From the IMG/VR virus record IMGVR_UViG_3300020037_009485: a stretch of 64,000 nt of DNA. One strand, given 5' to 3'. The position numbers were made by a program, and so were the translations under genes. Positions 48,033 through 57,682 of this stretch are shown one piece after another. The notes under the pieces were generated by a model that saw only the letters and a program-made list of their open reading frames with translations, was not told the origin of the DNA and did no database searches. The DNA comes from an uncultured virus (IMG/VR IMGVR_UViG_3300020037_009485) (Duplodnaviria > Heunggongvirae > Uroviricota > Caudoviricetes). Within the stretch, counting starts at the first letter, position 1, and every line of letters starts with the position of its first letter.

Positions 48033-48926
48033 ATGACTAAATTTGTAGTAGGTTCTTTAATTCGAATTAAAGGAACAAAATGTGAAGGTGTAATTAAAAT
48101 GATTGAATCAGAAAGTATTCCTAATAATTCAATTTCAAAAAAAGATTACTCTGCAATCGAAACAGCTGCTTTTGCTTATGTTACTTTAAATAAAGGGGCA
48201 ACATATTCTACAATGCGTGTCTTCAAGACAAAAGATGACCTTTGGAATTTAGCTAAAGTTCCATTCTCAGAATTAGAACTTAGAATAGCAGGTAACGCAA
48301 CTAGTGTTTACGAGCTACTTGTAAAAAACGATTTTGATGCATTACAAAAACTTAATAAAACTAAGCTTTTGAATAAACCACCTAGAAGTTTAGGGAGTTT
48401 TCATAATACTTTAGGGTATGCTCTTTCTCATTGTACTTATGAAATAATCGATTATCTCTTAAACAATGGAGTACCTGTTACTCGACCTAGAGATTTCTTT
48501 GCATTTTCTTTAAGAAACATAAAATTATCTATAAATGAACGTGTAGATTTAATGCTTAAACTTGACGTTGTTAAAGAAATACAACTTCGTGAAATAACTT
48601 TGAGACTCTTTCCGCTTGTACGTGAGATTTTCTTTGAACAAAACTTGAAAGCTTTCTTAACTGCTTTCCCAGCATATAAAGCTGATTTATTCTCTGAACT
48701 TTCTTCTGTTTTAAAATTAAGATATTTTTACACTTTTCGTGAAGAAAATTTAAAATGTCTAATTCAAGAAAGTTTTGATATTAGTTCTATTGATTTAACT
48801 AATTCAGGTGTTCCTAAGAATGAAGCTGAAAAGAATGTTGAAGTTTACGCAAAGTTGATTGAATATTCTAAGAACCCTTTGTTGTATGATATAGTGAATG
48901 AAGTTAATTCTGAATTAAGAAAATAA
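48033..48926 (+). CDS. hypothetical protein (possible ankyrin-like repeat) with IxxEL-type tail
   Basis: TLGYALSHCTYEIIDYLLNNGV; ends DIVNEVNSELRK. Confidence 0.6.
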   Translation: MTKFVVGSLIRIKGTKCEGVIKMIESESIPNNSISKKDYSAIETAAFAYVTLNKGATYSTMRVFKTKDDLWNLAKVPFSELELRIAGNATSVYELLVKNDFDALQKLNKTKLLNKPPRSLGSFHNTLGYALSHCTYEIIDYLLNNGVPVTRPRDFFAFSLRNIKLSINERVDLMLKLDVVKEIQLREITLRLFPLVREIFFEQNLKAFLTAFPAYKADLFSELSSVLKLRYFYTFREENLKCLIQESFDISSIDLTNSGVPKNEAEKNVEVYAKLIEYSKNPLLYDIVNEVNSELRK

Positions 48927-48947
48927 AAATAAATTTATTAAAAAAAG

Positions 48948-48975
48948 AAAACCTCGTAAATGTTTACGAGGTTTT
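48948..48975. terminator. bidirectional terminator
   Basis: AAAACCTCGTAAA-TG-TTTACGAGGTTTT. Confidence 0.75.
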
Positions 48976-48995
48976 TTATTTCTTATTTTCTTCTA

Positions 48996-49940
48996 TTAAG
49001 CTCCAGATGTTCCACCTGTTGCTGTTCCTGTACCACCACCAGCAAATTGATTTTGCCATTTAATATCTTTAGCAGCACGGTAGATGATATTCTTTTCTTT
49101 ATCAACACCTAATTTACCTTCAAACTTATCAACTTTAGCTGCAGCCATGATAGCATTTATATCAGGTTGTTTATAACCTTTTTTAGTCCAAAGATTAATT
49201 GTAGTTTGGTATTCTTTTTGAAACTCAGCATCAGACTTTTTACCAAATAAACCTTCTTCTAATTCTTCTGGTGTTTTTTCTGTTTCTTCTGATTCAAAAA
49301 CAACTTTTTTACCAGTTACTTTTTCTAATTGTTCAATTAAACGTTTTAACTTATCTTCTTTTGATTCTTCGAATACAACCTTTTTACCAGTTGCTTTTTC
49401 GATCTTCTCTTTTAAAAGAGCTATTGTTAATTGTTTTTCGCGTGATATCTTTGCCATTGTTTTTTTATTTTCGTTAAAATTTATAGGGTCAGAAAACCAA
49501 TTTATAGCTTTCATTGCTTCTGTTGCTGATCGATACTTTTTCACTGGGGGAAATAATTCTTCACCGACACCTATTAAATACCCTGCATCAAATTTCCATA
49601 AACCCATTAGAGGTGCTACTATTACATATAATTTAGTTTTAGGGTTAAATCCTAGTATTAAATAACTGTTAACTACAAAATCTTCTGCAATACTTTTACA
49701 TGTTTCTTCATTGACTTTCAAATCAGCGAAATTCAGTTTAACATTATAAACTTCTTTTTTAAACTGTTTTTTTTCTAAAAATTGACTCACTTTAAGTACA
49801 CCAGGGTGAGTTGAAGGGACCTCAATTACAGGGGTAACTTCCCAAGTTATTTTAGACTTACTATTTGCTTGTTTTTTAATATAAACAGTCTCAGAGTTTT
49901 TTTTTAAAAACTCTTTAATGTCACCTATACTTTTATACAT
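48996..49940 (-). CDS. late protein with two tandem EK(A/V)TGKKVVFE motifs
   Basis: KEKIEKATGKKVVFEES...LIEQLEKVTGKKVVFES; two TATTTA boxes upstream. Confidence 0.65.
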   Translation of the reverse strand: MYKSIGDIKEFLKKNSETVYIKKQANSKSKITWEVTPVIEVPSTHPGVLKVSQFLEKKQFKKEVYNVKLNFADLKVNEETCKSIAEDFVVNSYLILGFNPKTKLYVIVAPLMGLWKFDAGYLIGVGEELFPPVKKYRSATEAMKAINWFSDPINFNENKKTMAKISREKQLTIALLKEKIEKATGKKVVFEESKEDKLKRLIEQLEKVTGKKVVFESEETEKTPEELEEGLFGKKSDAEFQKEYQTTINLWTKKGYKQPDINAIMAAAKVDKFEGKLGVDKEKNIIYRAAKDIKWQNQFAGGGTGTATGGTSGA

Positions 49941-49983
49941 TTATCTTTATTTTAAATATCTTTATTTTAAATAGTATTATTTC

Positions 49984-51042
49984 TTAAAATATACCTCCGA
50001 AGTTATCTTCATAATCACTTACTTTTTCATCATCTGCTTCTCTCTTTCTCACATTCTTCTTAAGTGCTTGCATTCTTTGAATATCGTTTGTATCTTTAGA
50101 TTTCATAAATGTTTTTTGAGCCACTTTATCTGTTTCATCAAACCAAACAGGAATCATTGAATCTAATTTTACAACAAATACTTTCACTGCATTTACAACT
50201 TCTTTTACTGAAGAAAAAGAACCTGGTACAATGTGCATTGCTATTTCTGCTGAACCTGTTGTAGCAGTTCCAGGTTTGATAGCGTTAACCCTAACGCTAG
50301 CATCCCAAATACCTTCACCAGTGAAAACTTCACTTAATTGAGAGTCATTTTTTACTACACTTAATACTTTTCTACCAATTCTACTAAACTTATCATCTAA
50401 TGTTTTCAAAGATGCAGTTACAGAACTGAAATCTTTTCCTAATGGGTAAAAAGTTGTTTTAAATGTAATATAAATTGTTTCTGGTGAATCTAATTCATCT
50501 TTCAAAACAGCTAACATTACATTTTTTACATGTTTAAAGTTTCCAATATTAATATCAACAAATTTTACTGAAGCTTCTTTTGCATCTTCATCATCTTCTG
50601 CTTCTAATAAAGTACCAACTGTTTTTTTCAACTCTAATACTTTTTCTGCAGCTTCCATGAAAGGCTTTTTAGTAATACTGTTTTTCAAAGCAGAAATACA
50701 CTCTTGGATATATTCTTTATCTTTTTTTGTTTTCAAACCTGTTGCTAAAGTTTCTACTAATTTCAATTGAGTATAAACTCTATTTTTACGATTAGATTCA
50801 AACAAACTAACTAAACGTTGTTCTGTTAAACTTAATTTTTTATATGATTCGTTAATCATATCATAAGCGATTTTAAGTGCTTTTTCCTCTTTCATTAAAT
50901 TACTTGGTTCAATATTAAAATACTTTTCTATATCTTCTATGTCTTTGTTTTCTTTTAACATAGACTCAAATAGCTTTAAAGCTGTTGAATCATTAGAAAT
51001 TTTAGTTCTAACGTTGTTTTCTCGTGTAAAAGGTAAAGGCAT
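49984..51042 (-). CDS. prohead core-like late protein
   Basis: Downstream of portal; N-half rich in LFE/LKE/INE/LTE/LVE/LLE. Confidence 0.55.
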   Translation of the reverse strand: MPLPFTRENNVRTKISNDSTALKLFESMLKENKDIEDIEKYFNIEPSNLMKEEKALKIAYDMINESYKKLSLTEQRLVSLFESNRKNRVYTQLKLVETLATGLKTKKDKEYIQECISALKNSITKKPFMEAAEKVLELKKTVGTLLEAEDDEDAKEASVKFVDINIGNFKHVKNVMLAVLKDELDSPETIYITFKTTFYPLGKDFSSVTASLKTLDDKFSRIGRKVLSVVKNDSQLSEVFTGEGIWDASVRVNAIKPGTATTGSAEIAMHIVPGSFSSVKEVVNAVKVFVVKLDSMIPVWFDETDKVAQKTFMKSKDTNDIQRMQALKKNVRKREADDEKVSDYEDNFGGIF

Positions 51043-51100
51043 TAAGTTTTTGTTTTTAAATAGGGGAGCTTTAATGTTTTTATCAAAGCTCTTTGTTTTT

Positions 51101-51469
51101 TTAATAAAAAAGTTTTTCTATAATCTGTTTGTTTTGGTTTAAAATATTTGGAGGTAAATTATTTACACCATACCATCCTACATGAGAAAATTCATGATTT
51201 GGTGTTATTTCACCAGAAACATAATCACATATTACAAACATAATCTTTTCATTTCCTTCTATCTTATATACTTCACCTTCTCTAGCAGTAACATTTAACC
51301 CAACTTCTTCTTGAGTCTCTCTTACTGCTGCATCTATAATAGATTCACCTTCTTCAATTCCACCACCTACAAAACAAAGTTTGTTTTTTCTAAAGTCAGG
51401 ATTTGTTGATAAACCTAACAACACTTCATTATTACTGTTTAATATTATTGCAATTGCAGCTCTTTTCAT
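51101..51469 (-). CDS. NUDIX hydrolase
   Basis: GGGIEEGESIIDAAVRETQEEVGL Nudix box. Confidence 0.92.
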   Translation of the reverse strand: MKRAAIAIILNSNNEVLLGLSTNPDFRKNKLCFVGGGIEEGESIIDAAVRETQEEVGLNVTAREGEVYKIEGNEKIMFVICDYVSGEITPNHEFSHVGWYGVNNLPPNILNQNKQIIEKLFY

Positions 51470-53166
51470 TATAATCCAAAGTCTTTTTTAGCTTTTCTTA
51501 AATTTTTTGTTAATGAACCTTCTGTTAGAGTTCTAACTTGCTTAGCAGTTGGTGTAGCACTTACTGGTGCTAAAATCTCTCTAATCTCTTCATCTATTTT
51601 CTTCTTCAAAACTTCTGTTAAAGTTCCTCCTTCAAATTGTAAAGAATCTAAACCACTAGAAATTTTACCATCTGCTGAACCTGTTAAACCTTTCAGTTCA
51701 GCTAATTTTTTCTCAATTTCCGGTTCCTCATACATACCATTTGTTCTCAATTGCTCTAATCTCCATGCAATTTTCTTTTCATTAAATTGAGCTTTGATTA
51801 TTTGTTCTACTTCTTTATCAGTAAATTTTAAAATTGATTTTAAAACATCTACATATGACATTAAATTTAACCCTGGATTGTTGAAATCCCAAGCACTTTT
51901 AGCAATGTTTAAACGTTGTTCAATCAGTTCTAATTTTTTCTTTTCAGAAGCAATAGAAGGGTTATTCATCTCAATAGTAAATGATTGCATTTCTTCTTGT
52001 GAACAACCTTTCATAAATAAGTGAACTAAACCTATATGTAATAAACCTTCAACAAAATCTGCTTGAATTTTTTGGATTGTTTTAGCAAAACGAATATCTT
52101 CTTCCCCAAGTGCACTTTTGTTTGACAAATCTTCTTCAAAAGATAACCATGATTTTGGGATTTTTAACCCTGCAAATAAGTCATCTTTAATAATTTTATA
52201 ATCCTCTACAGCATCTAAGTTTGAAGCACCTTCCAAAACACTCACATCAGTAGGTGACCCTTCATATGTAGGCATAAAGATTGACTCTTCAACTGACATA
52301 GGATTGTATTTAAAATCAATTTCACCTGTTTGTGGGTTCACTAAAGGTTTCTTTTGCACTTCTTTTTTCATTTCTTGTGCAAATCGAAAAGCCTCATCTC
52401 CAGTCATACCATCTGTACCAATTTTAAATAATAATTTAGAAGGAGCTCTTGTTATACGATAGATAACTAATGCTTCTCTAATTAAAATTACTCGTCTCCA
52501 TGTATCTACAATTGGTCTTAAAATACTTGTACCATAAGGTTCAGATTCAATATCTTCAGAGTTTTTCCAATGAACTATTTCATATGGTTCAAACATTGCT
52601 CCACCTCCAGAACCATACCATACAAATCTGTAATTCTCTAAATTAGAAGGGTCATACATATTTTCTCTTATAATTGCTTCAGGTGGTAAGAAAACTATAT
52701 CTGTAACACCATCTTTTGGTCTTGTTGTCAACCAACCATAAGAGTTTCCGAATTGACACATTTGTCTTACAATCTTTGACCCTTTAGAATTTAAAGCTAA
52801 AGTTTTGAAAAACAATTCCTCTAACAAATCTTTAACTTTCTTATTATCACATTTTATAGTGAAAATATTACCATTAGAATCACGAGCTGTTGTTTCTTCT
52901 GCATAAATGTCTAACCCTGCTTTTATGATAGGGAAAGTTGATGACATTTTACGATACTCTTCAAAGAATTCTACATGTCGTCTGCTCCATGTTTTGTTTT
53001 TAACAAACTGAACTATAGACGAAATCTTTTGCTTAGTTTGTCTCTCTCTATCTGATTGAGGTGTATCTAAGACAATTAAACTATTTGATTTTCTAATTTT
53101 ATCCTCACCTTTAAGTCTATCAAAAAAACCTTTAATATCGGACTGTATTTTATTATTATCTGCCAT
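51469..53166 (-). CDS. portal protein (T4 gp20-like)
   Basis: PYGTSIL, EALVIYRITRAP, LEGASNL, LFAGLKIPKS, EDIRFAKTI. Confidence 0.93.
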   Translation of the reverse strand: MADNNKIQSDIKGFFDRLKGEDKIRKSNSLIVLDTPQSDRERQTKQKISSIVQFVKNKTWSRRHVEFFEEYRKMSSTFPIIKAGLDIYAEETTARDSNGNIFTIKCDNKKVKDLLEELFFKTLALNSKGSKIVRQMCQFGNSYGWLTTRPKDGVTDIVFLPPEAIIRENMYDPSNLENYRFVWYGSGGGAMFEPYEIVHWKNSEDIESEPYGTSILRPIVDTWRRVILIREALVIYRITRAPSKLLFKIGTDGMTGDEAFRFAQEMKKEVQKKPLVNPQTGEIDFKYNPMSVEESIFMPTYEGSPTDVSVLEGASNLDAVEDYKIIKDDLFAGLKIPKSWLSFEEDLSNKSALGEEDIRFAKTIQKIQADFVEGLLHIGLVHLFMKGCSQEEMQSFTIEMNNPSIASEKKKLELIEQRLNIAKSAWDFNNPGLNLMSYVDVLKSILKFTDKEVEQIIKAQFNEKKIAWRLEQLRTNGMYEEPEIEKKLAELKGLTGSADGKISSGLDSLQFEGGTLTEVLKKKIDEEIREILAPVSATPTAKQVRTLTEGSLTKNLRKAKKDFGL

Positions 53167-53208
53167 TTATTTTTTTAAATATCATATAAAATTGGTAACT
53201 TTTTGTTA

Positions 53209-55041
53209 CTAATCTCTTCTGTTTAATGTTCTAAACGTATGAAAGTTTTTTAAATCTTTTGCTGATGAGTTATCATACTGACCGTTCTCTTTAAATCTTT
53301 TATTCTCATTAATATCGTCATTCAATAATTCATTATAATCAATCATACCGTTTGTATTATATGAACCTACTGAAACTCTACTAAATTGTTTTTTCATCAT
53401 TTCATTTGCATTAGCACGTTTAGTGATTACATAGAAAACGTAGAACATAGCATTAGTCGTTGCCATGATTAAATCGTCATGCTTATCTGGTGCATGTCTT
53501 CTTTTCCCATCTTTATCCCATATCCATGTATGCAATTCAGCAATGAAATCAGTTGAATAAACTTTTAACTCTCCTGTGTTTAAAACTTCTTCTAATCTAT
53601 CTCCACCTAAAGTTCTTGTACTTTCTCCTTGCCAGAAACCAATTTTTCTTTTTTGGTTTTTAGTTACTTCGTTTTTCTTTAAAGTGTGATGGTAAATGTT
53701 ATGATAACGTAATGTTCCTTTCAATTCTAATAAAACTGTTAACCCAGGGCCTTGATACTCTACTATAACTAAACAACTACCGAAAGTAACTGCAACATCT
53801 TTTATAATTTTTGCATATTGTAAAGGGTCTAGTTGTTCTTTATATGTAGCAACTATTTCTCTTGTTGTCATATCTAAAACAACAAATGCTGAATAATCTG
53901 AACCATCTCCTGTTGCAGCATCGGCACTTAATATATAACCATGGTCTGGATTATAATCTTTAAACTGTTTATAACTTTTCCATAAACCTTTTCCTCTAAC
54001 ACCTAACTCTTCTGCAGTAAAAGGGGGATAATCTTTAGCTAACATTTCTAAGCTTCTGATTACTTCCGGGTCTAAAACTTCACTACCAGAACCGGCAAAA
54101 GAACAATCTAACTCACATCGAGTTTTTTGTAACCCTAAACGTTTACTTTCATAATCATACCAAGGGCTTCTTAATTTACCATCTCTTATGTAATTGTAAG
54201 TTTCCCTTGTAGCATATTTCTTTAAGGAAATTGCATCTGAAACATCAGGCCAGTCTTCATTATAGAATTTTATATAACCACCTTCTGGTTTTAAATCATC
54301 TTTAACCCATTGATACATACCTAATTTATAATCTGGATGATCACTCCAATGAGCTTCAATAATATTCCAACCATTTTCTTCAGCATTTGTATACTGTTCG
54401 AAATACCAACCAGATTTACCTACAGGTGTTGAGATACCTATACATTTTCCCCCTGATTTTGTTAATGTCAAACCAGCAGCAGCCCAAATTTCACCCATGT
54501 GAGTAATCGCTGCTACCTCATCTATAATTAAGTAATTCAAAGACATACCACGTGCAGCATTTGGCTTGTTAGCTTCTGCTTGAATCATTGAACCTGTTTT
54601 CAAAGTAAATGAATCCTTACCGTTGTTGTTTTCCATATAATCTGGAATTAACCATGGCGCACTTAACTTAGCATTATCTAATGTCTCTCTTACTTGTCTT
54701 AAAAACTTTCTTGAAGTTTGTTTCTCATGAGCTAAAGCAGCAATTACTTGTTGTTGTTTTGTTGCCATTACCCATGCAACATAAGCAGAAGAAACTGCTG
54801 TTAAACCCATTTGTCGAGTTTTCATCGTAAGGTTTAAAGGATAGTTTTCGAAAGCTAAAATTGCTCTTCTTTGATGTGGGTATAATTTAAAAGGGACACG
54901 TTGACCTTTCTTTTGATCTGAAACAGTGAAATACGTTTCAATACAATATATTGGATCTTGCTTACACTTTAAAAACTCTTTGATTACTACTTTTTTTCGA
55001 GTTTCTGGGTCAAGAGATTTTAAATAAGAGGTTGTTAACAT
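53209..55041 (-). CDS. terL: terminase large subunit (T4 gp17-like)
   Basis: KCKQDPIY, KTRQMGLT, LIIDEVA, ISTPVG, DAATGDGSDYSA, HDDLIMA. Confidence 0.93.
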   Translation of the reverse strand: MLTTSYLKSLDPETRKKVVIKEFLKCKQDPIYCIETYFTVSDQKKGQRVPFKLYPHQRRAILAFENYPLNLTMKTRQMGLTAVSSAYVAWVMATKQQQVIAALAHEKQTSRKFLRQVRETLDNAKLSAPWLIPDYMENNNGKDSFTLKTGSMIQAEANKPNAARGMSLNYLIIDEVAAITHMGEIWAAAGLTLTKSGGKCIGISTPVGKSGWYFEQYTNAEENGWNIIEAHWSDHPDYKLGMYQWVKDDLKPEGGYIKFYNEDWPDVSDAISLKKYATRETYNYIRDGKLRSPWYDYESKRLGLQKTRCELDCSFAGSGSEVLDPEVIRSLEMLAKDYPPFTAEELGVRGKGLWKSYKQFKDYNPDHGYILSADAATGDGSDYSAFVVLDMTTREIVATYKEQLDPLQYAKIIKDVAVTFGSCLVIVEYQGPGLTVLLELKGTLRYHNIYHHTLKKNEVTKNQKRKIGFWQGESTRTLGGDRLEEVLNTGELKVYSTDFIAELHTWIWDKDGKRRHAPDKHDDLIMATTNAMFYVFYVITKRANANEMMKKQFSRVSVGSYNTNGMIDYNELLNDDINENKRFKENGQYDNSSAKDLKNFHTFRTLNRRD

Positions 55042-55079
55042 TTATGTATATCATCATTATAAATGATATATATAAATAG

Positions 55080-55475
55080 TTATTTTTTTAACTCTTTTGC
55101 TATTTGATATACAACATGTTCTATACTATCAGAATCTAAGAGATGTAAATCTCCTAAGATTTCACGAAAGTCATGTACAATGTTATATTTTGGTACATCT
55201 TCATTCTGTGGAGTGTTAAAATAGTGAACAAGTGTAGTATAACCAATAGATGAAGGGGATAAGTTGAAAGATACCATTACTACTTTACCATAATCGCAAT
55301 GATATAGGGATAGTTTTCCGGAAAAAAACTTAATTAAAAATTGTATTTTCTCTGGATTGAAAGAACTTTGATGAGAGCGGACTTGTTCTTCTAAAAGTTT
55401 AAGTAGATCTATACAACGAAATATACTTTGCTCGTCTTCATTAACTCTAACAATTAATTTGTATTGTTGTCTCAT
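55080..55475 (-). CDS. hypothetical protein with IxxEL tail
   Basis: Ends IEHVVYQIAKELKK. Confidence 0.6.
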   Translation of the reverse strand: MRQQYKLIVRVNEDEQSIFRCIDLLKLLEEQVRSHQSSFNPEKIQFLIKFFSGKLSLYHCDYGKVVMVSFNLSPSSIGYTTLVHYFNTPQNEDVPKYNIVHDFREILGDLHLLDSDSIEHVVYQIAKELKK

Positions 55476-55837
55476 GATTCTAACTCTTGAGTAATTTCTT
55501 CAATAATTTTTTCTAAAGGATCTACACTTGAAAAAGCATATTTTACTATAAGATCCCAATCTTCCTGTATTGAAAGAAAAAAGAAATCTCCTCTCTCGTA
55601 TATAGAAAGAGTTTTTATATCTGCTGTTCCATAGTCCCATTCTACACCACAACCATGTTCCCAATGATTTAAGTGATAGTATTTGCTACTCGTAAAACAA
55701 GAATGACTTGTAACAAAATTATTTAACCTTTCTTGAAACTGTGCACCAACTACTGTAGACAACTCTTTAAACAAATTCATCATTTGTTGGTTTTCTATTT
55801 TATTAGTTACTTTGACTGTAAATAAAACTCCTTTCAT
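55472..55837 (-). CDS. hypothetical protein with IxxEL tail
   Basis: Ends LEKIIEEITQELES. Confidence 0.6.
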   Translation of the reverse strand: MKGVLFTVKVTNKIENQQMMNLFKELSTVVGAQFQERLNNFVTSHSCFTSSKYYHLNHWEHGCGVEWDYGTADIKTLSIYERGDFFFLSIQEDWDLIVKYAFSSVDPLEKIIEEITQELES

Positions 55838-56016
55838 TAATTATTTTTTACCTTTTAAAAAAAAGAAAATTTCAATTACTAACCATGTTATGAAAGGAAG
55901 AATGATTAATGAAATAACATAACCCCACCAATTACTACCTTTAATAAGATTTAAAATAGTAAATGTTAACATTACTAAAAATATTATTAGTAATTTTGAA
56001 TAAAAATGCTTCATTG

Positions 56017-56403
56017 TTAAATTGCTTGTGTTTCTTTTAATTCTTGAATTAATTGATGTTCTTTTTCAAATTCCTCATCAGTGATATACCAACAATCTCT
56101 TAAAGGGAAAGATTTTAAATTTTTGATTGCAGAAGTCTGAAGTAAAATTTGATTTAAAATAGATTGCTTTAACTCTTCTGTTATTGTCCCTTTTCTTTTA
56201 CTAGGAACAATTGTAATTGTTATAAACTGTTCATCCCCACCTCCTGCACCATAGCAATTATGATCTTGGATTACTTTAAATACTGTATCAATAGTATTAT
56301 CTAAATCATTAGGTGAAAAAGTTAAATTTAATTGAAGTAATATAGTAAACCCTTCTTGTTTAAATTCTCCTTTATGATATTTTTTTCTTAATCGTTTTTT
56401 CAT
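56017..56403 (-). CDS. yggL: YggL/DUF469-family (50S-binding) protein
   Basis: KRLRKKYHKGEFKQEGF N-terminal signature; LRDCWY near the C-terminus. Confidence 0.7.
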   Translation of the reverse strand: MKKRLRKKYHKGEFKQEGFTILLQLNLTFSPNDLDNTIDTVFKVIQDHNCYGAGGGDEQFITITIVPSKRKGTITEELKQSILNQILLQTSAIKNLKSFPLRDCWYITDEEFEKEHQLIQELKETQAI

Positions 56404-56417
56404 TCTTAATAATTGTA

Positions 56418-57110
56418 TTAATTTAGTTTAATTTTGTAACCAGAAAATTGTTTTAAATATTTCGTTATAGGTGTTCCATTCCCATCTTTGAAAACCTTTT
56501 CCCCACCTGAAGTTAAAAAGTCAATTACACCTTGAGGTGCCATGTGAGAAGCTGCTAAAATAGAAGATTCAGTGATGTAAATCCCGTTGATTACTCTTGA
56601 TTGGTATTTTCCAATATGAGAAGCTAAAATTCTTTTATTTTCTTTTAAAAGTAATTTCATTGCAACTTCCTGTAATTCAGCATTATTTAGGAATTGTTCA
56701 TTGGAAACTTCACCTAAGCCAATTTGTTTTAAAGCTTGTCTACCTATTTGATATCTTCCCATATAACCAAATTGATTTACAATTTTATAATTATTATTTG
56801 ACTCAAGACGACCTAATTCGTATAAAAATTTATCCATAGTTTTTGTTGAATCTGGTACATAGATTACTTCACCAGGGACACTTTGATATCTTGTATGAAT
56901 GATAATAGGTCGTAAGTAATATAACCCTGCAAATATAATTGCAATTGTTAAAGAGGATAACACAAGAAAGCGTCTAGTTAAATAATGCTTGTTGTGTTTA
57001 ATAATAAACATTACTTTTTCTTTTAAGATTTGTTTTCTCAAAGGTTTTATAACTTTCTTTAAACTGTTATAATAATCTACTTTATCTTGCAATTGACTAG
57101 GGTATTCCAT
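56418..57110 (-). CDS. lysozyme-like/lytic transglycosylase with N-terminal TM (endolysin candidate)
   Basis: LGRLESNNNY..VNQFGYMGRYQIG...ITESSILAASH...DGNGT. Confidence 0.75.
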   Translation of the reverse strand: MEYPSQLQDKVDYYNSLKKVIKPLRKQILKEKVMFIIKHNKHYLTRRFLVLSSLTIAIIFAGLYYLRPIIIHTRYQSVPGEVIYVPDSTKTMDKFLYELGRLESNNNYKIVNQFGYMGRYQIGRQALKQIGLGEVSNEQFLNNAELQEVAMKLLLKENKRILASHIGKYQSRVINGIYITESSILAASHMAPQGVIDFLTSGGEKVFKDGNGTPITKYLKQFSGYKIKLN

Positions 57111-57134
57111 ATTATATAGTTTTTAGTTTAAATT

Positions 57135-57569
57135 TTAATTAAAAAAATTATCAATTATTTCCCACTCTGCACCGAATAGACCACTCTCGAGAAGACTTTG
57201 AACATCATATTCATATTTACGAAAATCTAACTTATATCTAACGTCAAAATTTTTAATATCTAAAACTATAAATAAACTGTGACCATTTACTGTTTGATGT
57301 AAATCAATCACATCACCATTTTTTAACAAGACATTGTTTTTATCATAAAAAGCAGGGTTTTCTTTCAATAGATTATCTTTTATTGTATTTTCACACTGTG
57401 TGATTGCATGACTAAGTTTTTTAGGTTCTAACTTTTCACACATTTCTACAATTGTAAGTTCTTGTCCAGGGAAATACATTCTTCTAAAAAATGCACTTTG
57501 CTCTGGCTTAACTCTTTCTAATAAACCTTTTAAAATATCTCTTTGATGACCAAACATACGTTCATACAT
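57135..57569 (-). CDS. hypothetical protein with YopX-like C-terminal half
   Basis: YDKNNVLLKNGDVI...EIIDN. Confidence 0.5.
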   Translation of the reverse strand: MYERMFGHQRDILKGLLERVKPEQSAFFRRMYFPGQELTIVEMCEKLEPKKLSHAITQCENTIKDNLLKENPAFYDKNNVLLKNGDVIDLHQTVNGHSLFIVLDIKNFDVRYKLDFRKYEYDVQSLLESGLFGAEWEIIDNFFN

Positions 57570-57580
57570 TATATAGTATT

Positions 57581-57625
57581 CTAATTATATCTAAAGATAA
57601 GAACTCCTTTGTTAACTTCCTACCT
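57581..57625 (-). promoter_or_regulatory. early promoter repeat, divergent copy 4
   Basis: Minus strand GGTAGGAAGTTAACAAAGGAGTTCTTATCTTTAGATATAATTAG. Confidence 0.6.
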
Positions 57626-57638
57626 CTTAAACACGGGG

Positions 57639-57661
57639 AAACCTGCAGTCTCTGCAAGTTT
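57639..57661 (-). terminator. terminator-like hairpin after clpP
   Basis: AAACCTGCAGTCTCTGCAAGTTT. Confidence 0.55.
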
Positions 57662-57682
57662 CATTATTTTTATTATTTTTTC

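Noticed and set aside
53209..55041. Inactive terminase (GLT instead of GKT) or intein/intron interruption
   Set aside because: Displaced-lysine Walker A variants are known in functional terminases. The length and nuclease motifs are normal and no intein signatures were seen.
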